Notes: generated from the letters alone by a model not told the origin. A DNA stretch of 64,000 nucleotides from Raja brachyura (GCA_963514005.1 OY740801.1:38440001-38504000); one strand, 5' to 3'; numbered from the stretch's first letter, positions 50,153 through 63,676 are shown. Numbers and translations: made by a program.

Positions 50153-51384
50153 TCAGCTGCGTACTCAAGTCCACGGATTTAGAACGTAACGGATTTGCCT
50201 TACCGCTCAGATGTAGCTCCTCCCTCACCAACGGCTCCCAGACCTCTCTGAATGCTGGAGATGTTGTCCTGGGAGAGGCTTATCCTTCCAATGAATTTGG
50301 ATTTTGTGGAGACAACGTTGATGGTACTTTTCTCTGATTCAATTTGCCTGTGCAGGTAGTCTGGGTCCCAAATGCATATGAGGGGGGGGGGGCAGAAATC
50401 ACTATTCTCAGAAGGTCATGAGTTTTGTGCCTACTCTGAAATCTTCAAATATCCTTTTCCTCAATTAATCGAGTGCGGTTCATAATCACTTTAAAGGCAG
50501 TGATGAGTTTCTTCATTGGGGGCTTCCGTTTACCAAGGTCTTGGTCTGATTTAAAAAATATATCGTTAGAGGGCACTGAGGTACATCATGGGCAGGCTTG
50601 GAGATGCGGATGATAAGTGAAACCTCATCTGTTTGATGCTTTGAAGCAGTCTTTAGTTTAGTTTAGAGATGCAGCTTAGTTTAGGGATATTAGTTTAGAG
50701 TCAACAATATTGTTGAAGCTTAGCATTTGATTGTGTCCATACAGTAGCTGTATCGTCTCCAAATAGTTGCTTGACAACTGAAGTCTGGGTGATTTTGGTT
50801 CTGAAATGCAGTCAGCATTAGTTGAACAGTTTCACATTAGTTCTGCAGATCAGGCCCATATGTGTGGGAAGTTTGTTGGAGCTGAGATGTAACGTGGTGA
50901 CAAGAAAGATAGAGAAAAAATAGCACAGCTGCCAACACATTTTAACAACCAGTCGTCTTTGCGATTGTTTTATTGTAGAGCTGTGGGTTGGTATCATGAC
51001 TGTGGAGCAAGCCAAAGATGCAGATTTATTTCTCTGGACATCTGAATTTCAGAAAGGTATTTCGCAGCCCCTCCTGATGAATGGATTCAGAGGTTCAAAG
51101 AGGTCTATGTAGAGTGGCTGTGCAGATTCCTGCATTGTTCTTGCAGTTAAAGTAAAGTGAAATATCCTTTATTGTCATTCAGACCTTTCGGTCTGAACAA
51201 AATTTAATTACCTGGCAGTCATAACATATAATAAAAAACAAAGCACACAATAAACACATATTCAAAGCCTTAAAGTCTTTGTCGTCTTCTCGCTCTGCGC
51301 TGAGGCGATCAAGGCCTCCGATGTTATCGTCCACTAGGCCCGCAGCCGAGCCTCCAAAGCCGGGCTGCCGCCGTCGCCGGAACG

Positions 51385-51800
51385 CTGGAACACCGCCACA
51401 GCTCTGAAGCCGGGTCGCCGCTGGAACGCTGGAGCCCCGCAGCTCTGAAGCCGGGTCACCGCTGGAACGCTGGAGCACCGCAGCTCTGAAGCCGGGTCGC
51501 CGCTCGAACGCCGCTGGAGCACCGCAGCTCTGAAGCCGGGTCGCCGCTGGAACACCGCCACAGCTCTGAAGCCGGGTCCGCCGCTGGAATGCTGGAGCCC
51601 CGCAGCTCTGAAGCCGGGTCGCCGCTCGAACGCCGCTGGAGCACCGCAGCTCTGAAGCCGGGTCGCCGGTGGAATGCTGGAGCACCACAGCTCTGAAGCC
51701 GAGTCGCCGCTGGAATGCTGGAGCCCCGCAGCTCTGAAGCCGGGTCGCCGCTCGAGCGCCGCTGGAGCACCGCAGCTCTGAAGCCGCCGCCGCTGGAATG
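51385..51800. repeat. About 41-bp GC-rich minisatellite, 10 units, inside a retroposon-like repeat (about 51150-52075)
   Basis: AGCTCTGAAGCC recurs at 51400, 51441, 51482, 51526, 51562, 51604, 51648, 51689, 51730 and 51774. Confidence 0.95.
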
Positions 51801-53202
51801 CTGCCGCAGCTCCGAGGCCGCCAGCTCCACCATTAGGCCTCAGCACAGACGGAGACGGTGACAGGGCCACAACAAGAAAAGTGGCAGCCCCCTGAAGGGA
51901 GAGACTAAAACCCTGTTTCTCCCCGCCTCCCCCCCCCCCCCCCCCGCAACACACATACACAGCCTAATAAACCAAAATTCTAACTAAAACAGACACAAGA
52001 AGACAAAAACAAAAGAAAAAACAAATGGACTGCAGGTGCGCCGCAGCTGCCAGGCAGCGCCGCCACTTCCGGAGAAACACTGTTGTCTGGCAGTGTGGAT
52101 CATGTCCATTGTGCCTTTAGATGGACAGACTCCACAATATAAATTGGGTGCCACTCTTCAGTCATTGTGTAGGAGAGAACGGCAGATGCTGGTTTACAGC
52201 AAAGATAGACACAAAGTGCTGGAGTAGCTCAGCGGGTCAGGCAGCATCTCTGGAGAGAAGGAATCGTAAAACGTTTCAGGTCGAGATGCTTCCTTGGACT
52301 GAGTCAAAGATATAGAGAGATAATAATAATAATGCATTTTATTTATGGGCGCCTTTCAGAACACTCAAGGACACCTTACAGTTAAAACAAGCTAATTACA
52401 AACATATAAATACAGCAATAATACATAATTCAGAGAGAGAGTAGCGGCAGGTACTCGCGCCAGTGTTCAATCTCTCTTCCGGCTTCCATAAAATAACAGA
52501 ACCCACAATGAACACAGTTTAACATCCACCACAATGAGTCTATCAGGCACCTCCTCACTGTGATGGAAGGCAAAAGTCTTAAAGTCTTTATCTCTTCCTT
52601 CCTTGTTCTCCCTCTGCAATCCAGGCTTTTGATGTTGGGCCCCGCTGTGTGATGGTAAGTCCCGTGGCCGAATCCGAGCTCCGCGATCGGGCTGGTTCAA
52701 ATTCCGGGGCCCGGGGCGGATGAAGCTGCCACCGTCCAGTCCAGCGGACGAAGCTGTTGTTGCGGGAGCTCCGGAGAATCAGTCACCAAGCTGGGACCTG
52801 CAAGCTCCCGATTTTGTTGTCCACTGGGCTCCGAAGTCGGGCCGCCGCCGCAGCGTCACCACAGCCCCGAAGTCGGCCAGCTCTGCGATGGTGTGTCCTG
52901 GCTCTGCCTCCAGAGCCTCGAGGTCGGCCCCAGTTGGAGGCTGCCAGCTCCACGATTAGGCCTCAGCGCAGACAAAGACGGGGATACGGCAAAGAAAAGG
53001 TCGCATCCCCCTGAAGGATGGGACTAAAACAAGTTCCCCCACCTCCCCCCCCACATATGCACAACTAAAAATAAACTAAAACATACGTCCAACAAGACAA
53101 AATTTGGACAGAGCCAGCGTTCACTCTCACTTCTGAGATAGACAACAAATTAATGGAATATATGCAAAAAAGTACGATGATCAAGGAAAGGTGAACTCGT
53201 TA

Positions 53203-53397
53203 GTTACACAAAAAGCTGGAGAAACTCAGCGGGTGCAGCAGCATCTAAGGAGCGAAGGAGATAGGCGACGTTTCGGGTCGAGACCCCGAAACGTGGCCTA
53301 TCTCCTTCGCTCCTTAGAAGCTGCTGCACCCGCTGAGTTTCTCCAGCTTTTTGTGTAACCCTCGATTCTCCAGCATCTGCAGTTCCTTCTTTAACAG
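53203..53397. mobile_element. Penelope-derived fold-back element
   Basis: Same family. 13-bp TSD GGTGAACTCGTTA at 53190-53202 and 53398-53410. Confidence 0.9.
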
Positions 53398-54161
53398 GGT
53401 GAACTCGTTATCTAGCTACAGCAAACAATGGGTTCCATATTTCCTTGATCGTTACTTTTTTGCATATCTTCCATTCATTTGTTCTATATCACTGTCTATA
53501 TCTCTCATTTCTCTTTCCCCTGACTCTCAGTCTGAAGAAGGGTTTTGACCCCAACCGTCACCTATTCTTTTTCTCCAGCGATGCTGCCTGATCTGTTGAG
53601 TTACTCCAGCTTTTTGTGTCACTCTTCAGTCATTTATCTATTGGTCAGTCCTGAAAATGCACTGACTTGCATGGTAGTTTAATAAGCCTGCGTGAACGCA
53701 AAAGGTTATGTGAAGATAATATCTACATATCTTTTGCTTCCCCCATCCCTTGTCGTTTAAGGCGAGTTTATCTTATGGAGCTTTATTAGCTTTTGCAAAA
53801 TGTTAGTTATTTGTTTTGTTTGATGCTGGGAAATTTACAACCATGTCATGTTAATGAAGATGATCGCACTGGGGATAGCGGAGATAGGGGATATGGGGAG
53901 AAGGCAGGAACGGGGTACTGATTGGGGATGATCAGCCACGATCACATTGAATGGTGGTGTTGGCTCAAAGGGCCGAATGGCCTACTCCTGCACCTATTGT
54001 CTATTGTCTATAAAGTAATGTTTTGTTGAGGTTGGTCACAGATCTGGACTGGATTACAAATATGAGTGTGAAAAAAAGGATTGGGATTAACAGATGAATT
54101 GCGTTCTATGTCTGTCCTCTGTTGTCTCTGTCTGACAGTGTTGTGGCCCGTTCCATTCCAG

Positions 54162-54271
54162 AATCTCACTTGTCTTAATGCTAATGACTCCAATGGGACA
54201 ACAGATTGTGTGGAGGGACTGGGAATGACCCCACAGCAGTACAACCTTCTCTATGCTATCTATGCGTGGAC
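54162..54271 (+). CDS. MFSD1-like transporter exon 3 (NLTCLNANDSNGTTDCVEGLGMTPQQYNLLYAIYAWT)
   Basis: The YNLLYAIYAW motif resembles MFSD1 TM2. Sites ttccag| and |gtaagt; phases are consistent. Confidence 0.92.
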
Positions 54272-55844
54272 GTAAGTATCTTACGTAATGAAATAAATAC
54301 TTTCACATTGTCCACAAGAGCTTTTTTTTATTTTTTCCAGCGCTCAAGCTAGGTAATAAATTTCAGTACAGTGATTCATTTTCATCCATCCATTTTACAT
54401 CAGTAAATGTTACCATTTATCACCATATGTGAACACATGACTCGTGTTTGTTACTGATGAGCAGGGTGAGGTAGCAAGTTTAAACAGGCTCTTCAAGTAC
54501 ATGGCTCACCGTGTATTCATTTTCGCTGAACTTGCACAATCTCCTAAGCATTTGTAGTTAGAGAGATAGTTATTTGTTGGCACTTAGAACAGAAACAAGC
54601 CCAGTTTTGCTTTTACTGTTTTCCACTTTAAGCGCACTGTAAACGACCATGAAAATGTACAGGTCTTTCAGCGCACAATGCCCCTGCCGATCATGATGCT
54701 GTTAAACTAATCTCTCTGCATGTCCTCCATTCCCTGAATCCCCACATGCCTATCTAAAGCCTTTTAAATACCGATCATATTTGCCTCCACCTCCACCCCT
54801 GGCAGCACATTCCAAGCATCCATCACTCTGTGTGTGTCTGAAACAAAACTGCCCTGCATATCTCCTTTAAACGTTGTCCCTCTCACCTTAAAGCTATCTC
54901 TTCTAGTCTTTGCCATTTCCACGTTGGATATGGGAGGAGAGGTTCTGATTGTCTATCTGTGCCTTTCATATATAGCTCATACCACCCTACAGCTAATACC
55001 CTATAATCCAGGCAATGTTCTGAATAGACACACAATGCTGGAGTAAATGGGCAGCATCTCTGCATAGAAGGAACGGGTGATATTTTGGGTTGAGATCCTT
55101 CTTCAGACTGAAAGCCAGGTGAGAGGAAGACAGAGATAAGGAAGGGCAAGGTGTGAAAACGAGACTTCAAAGGGGATGATTGATCGGGTTAAAACGTGGT
55201 CAGAGAGCCGGAAAGCAGGAGGCATCACAGACGGGGAGCAGCGGGAGAGAATTTCGCAGAACTCTCGTCGGAGAGAGGAGGAGAACTTCTTCAAAGTAGG
55301 CGATTGAGAAGATTTCACAGTGGAACAGACGAAATGTGTAGAAATGTGCAGATGCTGGGTTAGTCGTCTGCATCCTCTCCAATGCCGTCACTTTCTGCCG
55401 GTAATGGAGCAACCAAACCTGCGCACAATTCTTCAAATGCAGCCTAACCAAGTCCTGTAAAGCTGCATGACTCTGGTGCTGTTTCCCTTAATGCTACTTT
55501 CTTTGTTGATAATCTGGGATTTTCTGCTCTTAAAGGTTCCATTGCAGATTGCTTTTCCAACTGAGCGAGTTTTCTGGATTGATGAAGAACCTGTTTTTGT
55601 GAAAACGTTACTTTGTTCAACTTTGCCCAAGGCACAGCTTTCATTGTTGCTCTGGTTTGGAGTGATTCCAATTACATACCAATTAGCATCCAGTATTCTA
55701 CTGGCACAAAGACAATAAACTTTTGAATGTGAATTGTGAGATTCTACAAAAGTGGCAGGGATGAGAATAGTTTTGAGCAGTTGAGCTGGGAGTCAAGGTG
55801 AAGAGAGAGGAGATTGAAGAATAATTTATTTTGACATTAATGCT

Positions 55845-56150
55845 TTGTTTAGTTTAGAGATGCAGCGCAGAAACAGGCCCTTCGGCCCACCGAGTCTGTG
55901 CCGACCAGACATTCCCGCACACGAACACTTCCCTACACAATAGGGACAATTCCAATTCCTACCAAAGTCAATTAACCTACAAAACCTGTATGTCCTTGGC
56001 ATGTGGAAGGAAACCGGAGTACCCAGAGAAAACCTATGCGGTCACAGGGAGAACGTACGAACTCCGTACAGACAGCACCTGTAGTCATGATCGAACCCGG
56101 GTATCAACTCTATCACTGTATTACGGTGCCACCCTTTGATAGACACAAAT
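55845..56150 (-). mobile_element. tRNA-derived SINE (HE1/V-SINE-like)
   Basis: Reverse complement of the same family; B-box-like GGTTCGATC near 56090. Confidence 0.75.
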
Positions 56151-56209
56151 TCTTGGGTGTGTCTTTTTAATTGTATTCTCTAATTGCATTTGTATTTTCT
56201 CTCCTGTAG

Positions 56210-56265
56210 AAATGCTCTGGTGGTGATACTGGCAGGTTTCCTCATAGACAAGGTGGGAAACCGCG
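56210..56265 (+). CDS. MFSD1-like transporter exon 4 (NALVVILAGFLIDKVGNR)
   Basis: MFS motif A (GxLxDxxGxR). Sites ctgtag| and |gtgagt. Confidence 0.92.
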
Positions 56266-58445
56266 GTGAGTCTGAAGAACTGTATGAACGTCCGCAGGGA
56301 GCCCAATAAATAAGCCATAGGGAGTTCCTCTTATCCACAGCACAACAGGTTCTTCAGCTTATAATAAATCAGAAATAATTCAGCAGGCACATGTTGTCAC
56401 AAAAACCTGAGTGTTGAGAATGCTGATGTTAGTTGGGTGTGTCTGCGAAGATGCATGTTTGTTAGGTGCACTTCAATAGCCTAAGCATTTGGGAAAGCGT
56501 GCCATTTCCTCTAACTGGAACTCTCTGAGTGGCATGATTCAGGAAGCCTCTATATCTATGCCACTGATTCTTTTCAATCTGGTTCACCAGTATTTGCACA
56601 TTACTGCTTTGATCAGAAAAATGTACTTTATACCAGAACATAAAAATGTAGTCATCTTCTTAAGCATGGAGACCATCAAAATAACAACGGTTTTAATTTT
56701 TTTTTCCTCACAAATACTTTGTCTAACCTTATAACAGACAGAAAGTCATTAGTTAAGCAGCTGAAGATGGTTGTGTTTTGGGTGCCCCAGTGTGGTATCC
56801 TGACTGACTTCCATCAGCCCCGTTCACCTTCCCCAACGCCTGAAGTCCTCTGTTGACTTCATGCTAACAAGGATCCATGGTGCTGCAATTGGTTAAATGG
56901 TGTCTCGAAGTCCAGGACAGTAATTCTCACCCAATTTTTGGAATTTGGCTGGAAGGCTTCAATGAGCATATTATTGGGTACTAATGGTGTCCTTTCTGTA
57001 TTCCGTATTTTCGATCTTTTCTGATATCCTGAAGTGCGAGTAAGAAATAGAAAACTCCGGGAATCGTAAGAAAATTGGGAATGTTTGTAATGTGGTCAAC
57101 CTAAGTACCAAACAAACTGGAAAAGGATTATGGAAAATTAGGCCAATAGTGAAGGTAGCTTAAAGACACTTTCGAAGAGGCTATAAATAGATTGGGGAAG
57201 TGGTTACATTAGAATGCATTAGCATACTATCAGGCTCTTGAATACAACATAATACTAACCTCAGCAACTTTGGACTGCCTTTGTTGCACTAAGGACTTTT
57301 TTTTTGTACTAGAATCACTATTATCATTTTATTGAATTTTTAACAATTATATATTATCTCTGAATATTGCATTTACAGGCCTGTCACAGTGCTGCAAGTA
57401 AGAATGTCATTGCTTCATTGTCATTATATTGGATGATTAAATATTCTTGACTCCACAGCTAGCTGGACCATAAAGGTTGTAGTGCAGCAGAGTTGATCAT
57501 GATGTAGACATCCTTGGAACAGAAAAATAAGGCCCCAAATTAGATCAAATCTGTCATGCGGATAGAGGCGACTCTCACAGAGGAGAAACAACAATCAAAT
57601 ACTACAAAGAAAAGTAGTTCATAAGTTCTAGGAGCAGAATTAGACCATTCGGCCCATCAAGTCCACTTTGCCACTCAATCATTGCTGGCCTATCGTTCCC
57701 TCTCCACGCCATTCTCCTGCCTTCTCCCCATAACACCTGACACCTGTACTAATCAAGAATCTATCTATCTCTGCCTTATAAATATCCATCGACTCACAGC
57801 CTTCTGAGGCAAAGAATTCCACAGATTCATCACCCTCTGACTAAAGAAATTCCTCCTCATCTCCTTCCTCAAAGAACATCCTTTAATTCTGAGGCTTTGA
57901 CCTCTGGTCCTAGACTCTCTCGCTAGTGGGAGTTAATTCACGTGTTAAATTGTGATCAGCCATGATCACAATGAATGGCGGTGCTGGCTCGAAGGGCCGA
58001 TTGGCCTCCTCCTACACCTATTTTCTATGTTTCTAAATTCTTGTAACAACAGCATCAGCATGCTTAGGAAAGGTGGGGGGGGGGGGGGGGGGTAGTAAAA
58101 TATTGATGGGATATGCTAAGTCAAAGACACTAAAGGTTCTACTCTAGTGTCTACCAAAACAGTTGTGTACATGTTTAGTCCTAGATAAGAAAAACATGAA
58201 ATATTTTTTCAAGTAAAGCCAAGGAGATTGAGAGAAGGGAACTACAGTCATTTTAAAATTGGGTTTGTGAAAAGGTTTATTGATCAATGATAAATGACTG
58301 GGATAATCTCCCAGGAAAAATATTTGGAACATTTAAAAATAAATTGGCATCTTGGGGTATATATGTTGATATATTAAATGTTCTAATTTTAATCATAAGG
58401 TAAATCTTCCCTGGTTGAAACCGTTTGATGTATTTTCCCCTACAG

Positions 58446-58589
58446 TTGGTGTCCTCTTGTTCTCCTTTCTTATTGTGCTGGGCTCGGCCACCTTTGCTTT
58501 GGGATCTCATTTCAAGGGGACCTGTTACCTATTGCCTCTGATGCTCATCGGCCGACTTCTCTTTGGCTCAAGTAATGGGTCACTCATGA
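58446..58589 (+). CDS. MFSD1-like transporter exon 5 (VGVLLFSFLIVLGSATFALGSHFKGTCYLLPLMLIGRLLFGSSNGSLM)
   Basis: MFS motif B (GRxxxG). Sites ctacag| and |gtaagt. Confidence 0.92.
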
Positions 58590-59537
58590 GTAAGTACTAG
58601 TTCAACCTCTTGGCACCAGACTGAAAGGAAAAGGCCAGGGCTTACAACATTGTCTGAACTGTTAAATCATTCATTAATTTAATGTTGATCATTACAGCAC
58701 AGGAACACGCCTTTCACCTTTCAGCCCATGATATCTGACCTAACTATGATGTGAATTCAAACCAATCCCATCTGCTTGCACATAGTTCATACCTCTCCAT
58801 TCCTTGTCTGTTTGTGTGCCTATCTAAATGCCTCTTAAATGTTGCGATTATTCAAGACAGTTTAAATGACAACCACTGCTGTTGCTTTTTCACCACTTCC
58901 CCTGGTAGCGCATGCAAGACATCTACCTCCTTGCATTTGGGAGGGAAAAAAACTATCCTTGTAAATCTCCTTTAAATTTGCCTCATGAATCTCCTTCTTG
59001 TTGTTCACTATCCAGGACAACGTGCATTTTAATTAATATTCCTAGTTGAATTATTCCCTTTCTTCCTCAAGGATTGACTGAATATGCATTTCAGTCTTTG
59101 TGAAATGAAAACTTTGGAGTTTTGTTTTCACAGTTGATAGAGGTCCTTAGGATACTAGCACTGCTGGTGAGGACAGCAATTATATGTACAACTGTCCTCC
59201 AGAAGATGATGGTGAATCTTCTTGAAGTGCAAGGGTACAAAGTCCTGGAGAAACCCAAACTGGTCAGGCAGCATCTGGGGAGGGAATGGACAGGAGATAT
59301 TTCAGGTCGGGACAGTTCCTCAGATTCTTTCTGGCAATTTGGCATTTTGACAGATGAAACAGAACTCCACAGTCTGTCCGTCAGTGGTGCTTGTGAGTGA
59401 TGTGGGAGGAAAGGACAGTGTATGAACAGCAAACATGTCCATCATCACACTGTCATTCAGCAGATGGTTGGAGGTCATTCTGTTTCTTGTCTCACTTAAG
59501 CTTGGGTTCTCTGCTAATTCCGTAAGGTGCTAGCTTA

Positions 59538-60727
59538 AACTAGCTCCTTACACTGCACTTCATCCTAGAGCACCTAGACCGCCAGGAGACCTATGCGAGA
59601 ATCCTGTTTGTTGATTTTAGCTCTGCATTCAACACCATTGTGCCAGAGCCGCTACACTCCAAACTTTCCGAGTTGACTGTGCCTGAACCCCTCTGTCGGT
59701 GGATCACCAGCTTCCTGACGGACAGGAAACATCATGTGACGCTGGGAAAGCACATCTCGGACGCGCAAACGCTCAGCATCGGAGCACCTCAAAGCTGCGT
59801 ACTCTCGCCTCTCCTCTACTCTCTCTACACCAACGACTGCACCTCCACAGACACCTCTGTCAAGCTTCTCAACTTTGCAGACGACACAACCCTGGTTGGA
59901 CTGATCCAGGATGGGGAGGAATCTGTCTACAGACAGGAAGTATCACAGCTGGCAGCCTGATGCCGTCGCAACAACCTAGAGCTCGATCTTAAGACAGTGG
60001 AATTCATTGTAGACTTTAGGAGAACTCCCCCTCCCCTCACCATCAACAACACCACAGTCACATCTGTGGAGTCTTTTAAGTTCCTGGGAACCATCATCTC
60101 CAAGGACCTTAAGTGGGGGGCTACCGTCGACTCCACAGTCAAAAAGGCGCAACAGAGGATGTACTTCCTGTGGCAGCTGAGGAAGCACAATCTGCCACAG
60201 GCAATGATGGTCCAATTCTATACGGCCATCATAGAGTCTGTCCTCACCTTCTCCATCATGGTCTGGTTTGGCTCAGCCACCAAGCAAGCGAATCGTCCGA
60301 TCAGCAGAGAAGGTTATTGGCTGCAACCTTCCCTCCATTGATGAACTGTACACTGCAAGGGCTAGGAAGCGAGCGGGCAAGATCATCTCTGACCCCTCTC
60401 AGCCTGGCCACAAACTCTTTGAATCACTTCCCTCTGGAAGGTGACTCTGGACTGTCAAAGCTGCCACAGCCAGACATAAAAACAGCTTTGATCCACGAGT
60501 AGTTGCTCTACTCAACTGCCAAAAATCTGTAGCCTCCCTTTGATCTGGTATTTTGTTGGTTTACAAGCTTGATCAATGGTGTTTTATCATTAATGTTTTA
60601 TTATTAATGTTTAGTGTTTTCTGAGTCATTCGTAACTGTCACTGTATGTCATGTTGTTACTTGTGGGCGGAGCACCAAAGCAAATTCCTTGTATGTGAAT
60701 ACTTGGCCAATAAACTTATTTACTTAC
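59538..60727 (+). mobile_element. Rex1/Babar-type non-LTR retrotransposon, 5'-truncated RT
   Basis: YARILFVDFSSAFNTIVP, GAPQSCVLSPLLYSLYTNDC, FADDTTLVGLI, FKFLG and IESVLT, with an (ACTT)-type tail. Confidence 0.88.
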
Positions 60728-61713
60728 TCCTCCACATCAAGAGCTTATGGGCAATTAGTGTGAATACCAGATTTCTTAACTTCACCCGAAGCAACAGTCT
60801 GTTTGTCCCTTACTTCTTTGTTGTTTCTTTGGATGTGTTAAATGTATGTTTTAGTGTTTTTTAGCTTGTTTTATGTGGGGAGGTGGGTGGAAGTTGGGGG
60901 AAACTTTTTCTAATCTCTTACCTCGACAGAGATGCAATTTTTTTTCTATATCGTATCTCTGTCTGCACTGCGGCCAAACTACAACGAGTTGGTGGCCTTT
61001 GCTGGAGACCGACTTCGAGAGCTCCACCGCGGGTGCCTGCGGGCTTTAACATCACGGAGCTCGTGGTCTCTGGTTAGAGACTGACTTCGGGAACTCCAAG
61101 GCGCAGGAGTTTCGATTGCCCCAGTGCGGGGGCTTCGATTGCCCTGACTCTGGATGGTTCGACTGCCCCGAACCCAGGAGAATAAAAGAGGAAGAAGCTT
61201 GGACTTCATTGCCTTCCATCACAGTGAGGAATGTGGGGAATCTGCTGTGGTGGATGTTTATGTTAACTTTTATGTAGTTGTGCGTCTTGTTGCTTTTTTT
61301 TGTATGGCTGTATGGTAATTCGTATTTCACTGTACCTTAATTGGTACACGTGACAATAAACTGACTTTGAAACCCACGAAACCTGTCGCTGTATTGTATT
61401 GTAGATTTGGGATTTATCTGTTGTATGCAAGAGGGACCCGGTGCGGGGGGCAACTGAGAACAAAGAGGGACCTGTGGGGACCATGATGAATACTTTGTCA
61501 CTTTGTCGGCCCCTCTACTTTGCGACTATTTGCATGGTATATGCTATGGTATACAAAAGAGAGAATTTCACTGTGACATGTCACGTGTTAATGAAGTATC
61601 AATTAATCAAGTATGCTGATTAGTGCCTTTTCCCAGTTGTGTGTGTGTTCTTTTGTGATGTGTGTGAACCCATTAATTCACTTTCTGTTCCTTCTCTCTC
61701 TCCAAACTCTCAG

Positions 61714-61872
61714 TTGCACAAGATCGAATCGTTGCTTTCTGGTTCAAACGCAAGGAGCTGGCTTTGGCTTTTGGGCTAATAATGGCCTTCTCTCGTTTTG
61801 GCAGTGTCCTCAATTTCTTATTAACCCAGTCTTTAGAGGCACGTTTTGGGATTCAATGGACTCTTTGGGGAG
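61714..61872 (+). CDS. MFSD1-like transporter exon 6 (IAQDRIVAFWFKRKELALAFGLIMAFSRFGSVLNFLLTQSLEARFGIQWTLWG)
   Basis: MFSD1-family WFKxKELxLxFG...RxGS motif. Sites ctcag| and |gtaagc. Confidence 0.93.
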
Positions 61873-62134
61873 GTAAGCATGGATATGAAGAATTTTTGTT
61901 GGCCGTGGATTTGAAAGATATTTGTGTGAGGAAAGTGAAATCAGTCCTGTGCTGATTATTGTATCATAATTGGAGGATGAGAATATTATATATGCTAAAT
62001 TTGTCTAATATATTGGTCTTGTAATTTATTTTAACCAGATTGTACTTTAAGGAAATGTTTTCCATCAATTAACACAAAATGACAAAGCCAAACAGATATT
62101 TGTAGAGCTGCGTTTCACTGAGAGATAATTAAAT

Positions 62135-62805
62135 TGTGAAAAATATACATCTTCTAGATGAGCTGGGACGCATCCTCAGTGATGTGGCCTGGGGTCATCG
62201 GGTGTTTCGGGTCTCACAACATCAGACAGCTTCGCCCAGGCGACCCAGCCGGGGTTGATCAGGCCCCGACTTGCGTCCCAGCAGGAACCGCATACGGATC
62301 AGCCATCTTAATAACTACTCTGCAGGGGTTGGGAGACTCTAGTGCATGGAGGGACTGGGCTCTGTGGGGTGACTCTTGGCCGGGCTCCTCCTGCGCCTCA
62401 CCAGGTTCAAGGCCTGTGCGCTGCACCTCTTTCTCCTTCTCCGAGCATTTCAGTAGCTTTGTTGGGTGACTTTCTCACGAAAGACGCAGACTGGGGTGTT
62501 AACCCAGCCTTTCCCGGGTGCCGTCTTTCCGTGCCATCAACTGTCTCTCCAGTAGTCACCAAACTATTCTTGGTCTATTCCTAGGTGCCACTGGCTGAGC
62601 CAGACTTCAATGTGAAAAATATACATCTTCTAGATGAGCTGCGACGCATCCTCAGTGATGTGACCTGGGGTCATCGGGTGTTTCGGGTCTCACAACATCA
62701 GACACCCTCGCCCAGGCGACCCAGCCCCGACTTCCGTCCCAGCAGCAACCGCGTACGGATCAGCCATCTTAATAACTACTCTGCAGGGGTTGGGAGACTC
62801 TAGTG
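62135..62805 (-). mobile_element. About 1.4 tandem units of a short non-autonomous retroposon (HERO-like ends, tentative)
   Basis: 62135-62344 and 62611-62805 are direct repeats (period 476). The 3' part resembles, from memory, the HERO 3'UTR, and the spacer resembles its 5'UTR. Confidence 0.55.
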
Positions 62806-63676
62806 TGGTTTAGATATTAAGTGGTTTAGATATTAATGCAAATTCTGTTTTGGCATCACTGAACATGGAATAAATAAATTGAATTGCGCATCAGAATCTT
62901 AAGGAGCTCTGTTACTTGTGGTGCTTTAAAGCCTTTACCTTCTTGCCTCCTACTGCATATAATCTCATCACAACAGGTTTATCTTAATTAATTTTATTAA
63001 AGATGTATGGAATGAAATACCAAATTTAAAATCATGCTGTCAGATTGTTTTGAGAATCTATCAGGGTCACGAATATCCTTCAAGATTTTTAGGCAACACT
63101 GGTCTGGCTGTCTGTGACCTCAGACCATTCTGCAATGTAGTTGACCCCTACCATGCTCTCTGAAATGGAGTAACAAAACAATTTATTGTACCAAACCACA
63201 AATAAATATCACGTGTACTACAATCAAAGGGTGGTATGAAATAGGCAAAAATTACTGATCTTGCCAGATCTCATAAATAAATTGTCAAATATTTAGCCTG
63301 ATTTGTTAATCTTTACATTGGCTTTCCATTGTAATATGTGTAAGAATGTGCTCAGATCATTACTGCGTCTGGTTTTGCCTTGCCTTCTTCATTCCTCCCC
63401 TTCTCTCCTGTGCAGCAAAGTCCAAGTCATGCTCTGACCTGTCACATTACTCTCTGTATGAAGCCAAAACAGCATCACTGAGTTACACTAGCTTTTTGTG
63501 TCTATCTTCAATTTTATTTCATGTTCTTTCCAAGGGTGAATTTGTGACATAAATGCAAGAGGCTGCACTCGGCTGCCGAAGTTCTGGCTGTCACTGGTGG
63601 GACCATCTGATATTCCTGTTTGTTGCAGCGTATTCTTTGCCAGTCATGTAGGGTCTCCTGTGGTTCATTTTCTCAG

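Larger units (their letters stand above)
46427..50190 (-). mobile_element. CR1-clade LINE, near full length with internal deletions
   Basis: ORF1 49274-50152 has Cys knuckles, a coiled coil and an SGNH esterase (GDSIVRG/HIGSND). Endonuclease NARS..GITETW at 48374-48180. RT 46603-47427 (LGPQLF..FADD). Short-repeat 3' tail at 46427. Confidence 0.96.

Noticed and set aside
51385-51800. CRISPR-like array or repetitive protein ORFs (51179-51960)
   Set aside because: The spacers are themselves repeats, there are no cas genes and the context is vertebrate. The ORFs are open only because the unit lacks stop codons on that strand.
62190-62230. Hammerhead in the HERO-like repeat (minus CTGATGT...GAAAC)
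   Set aside because: The core reads CUGAUGU rather than CUGANGA, and stem II does not pair convincingly.
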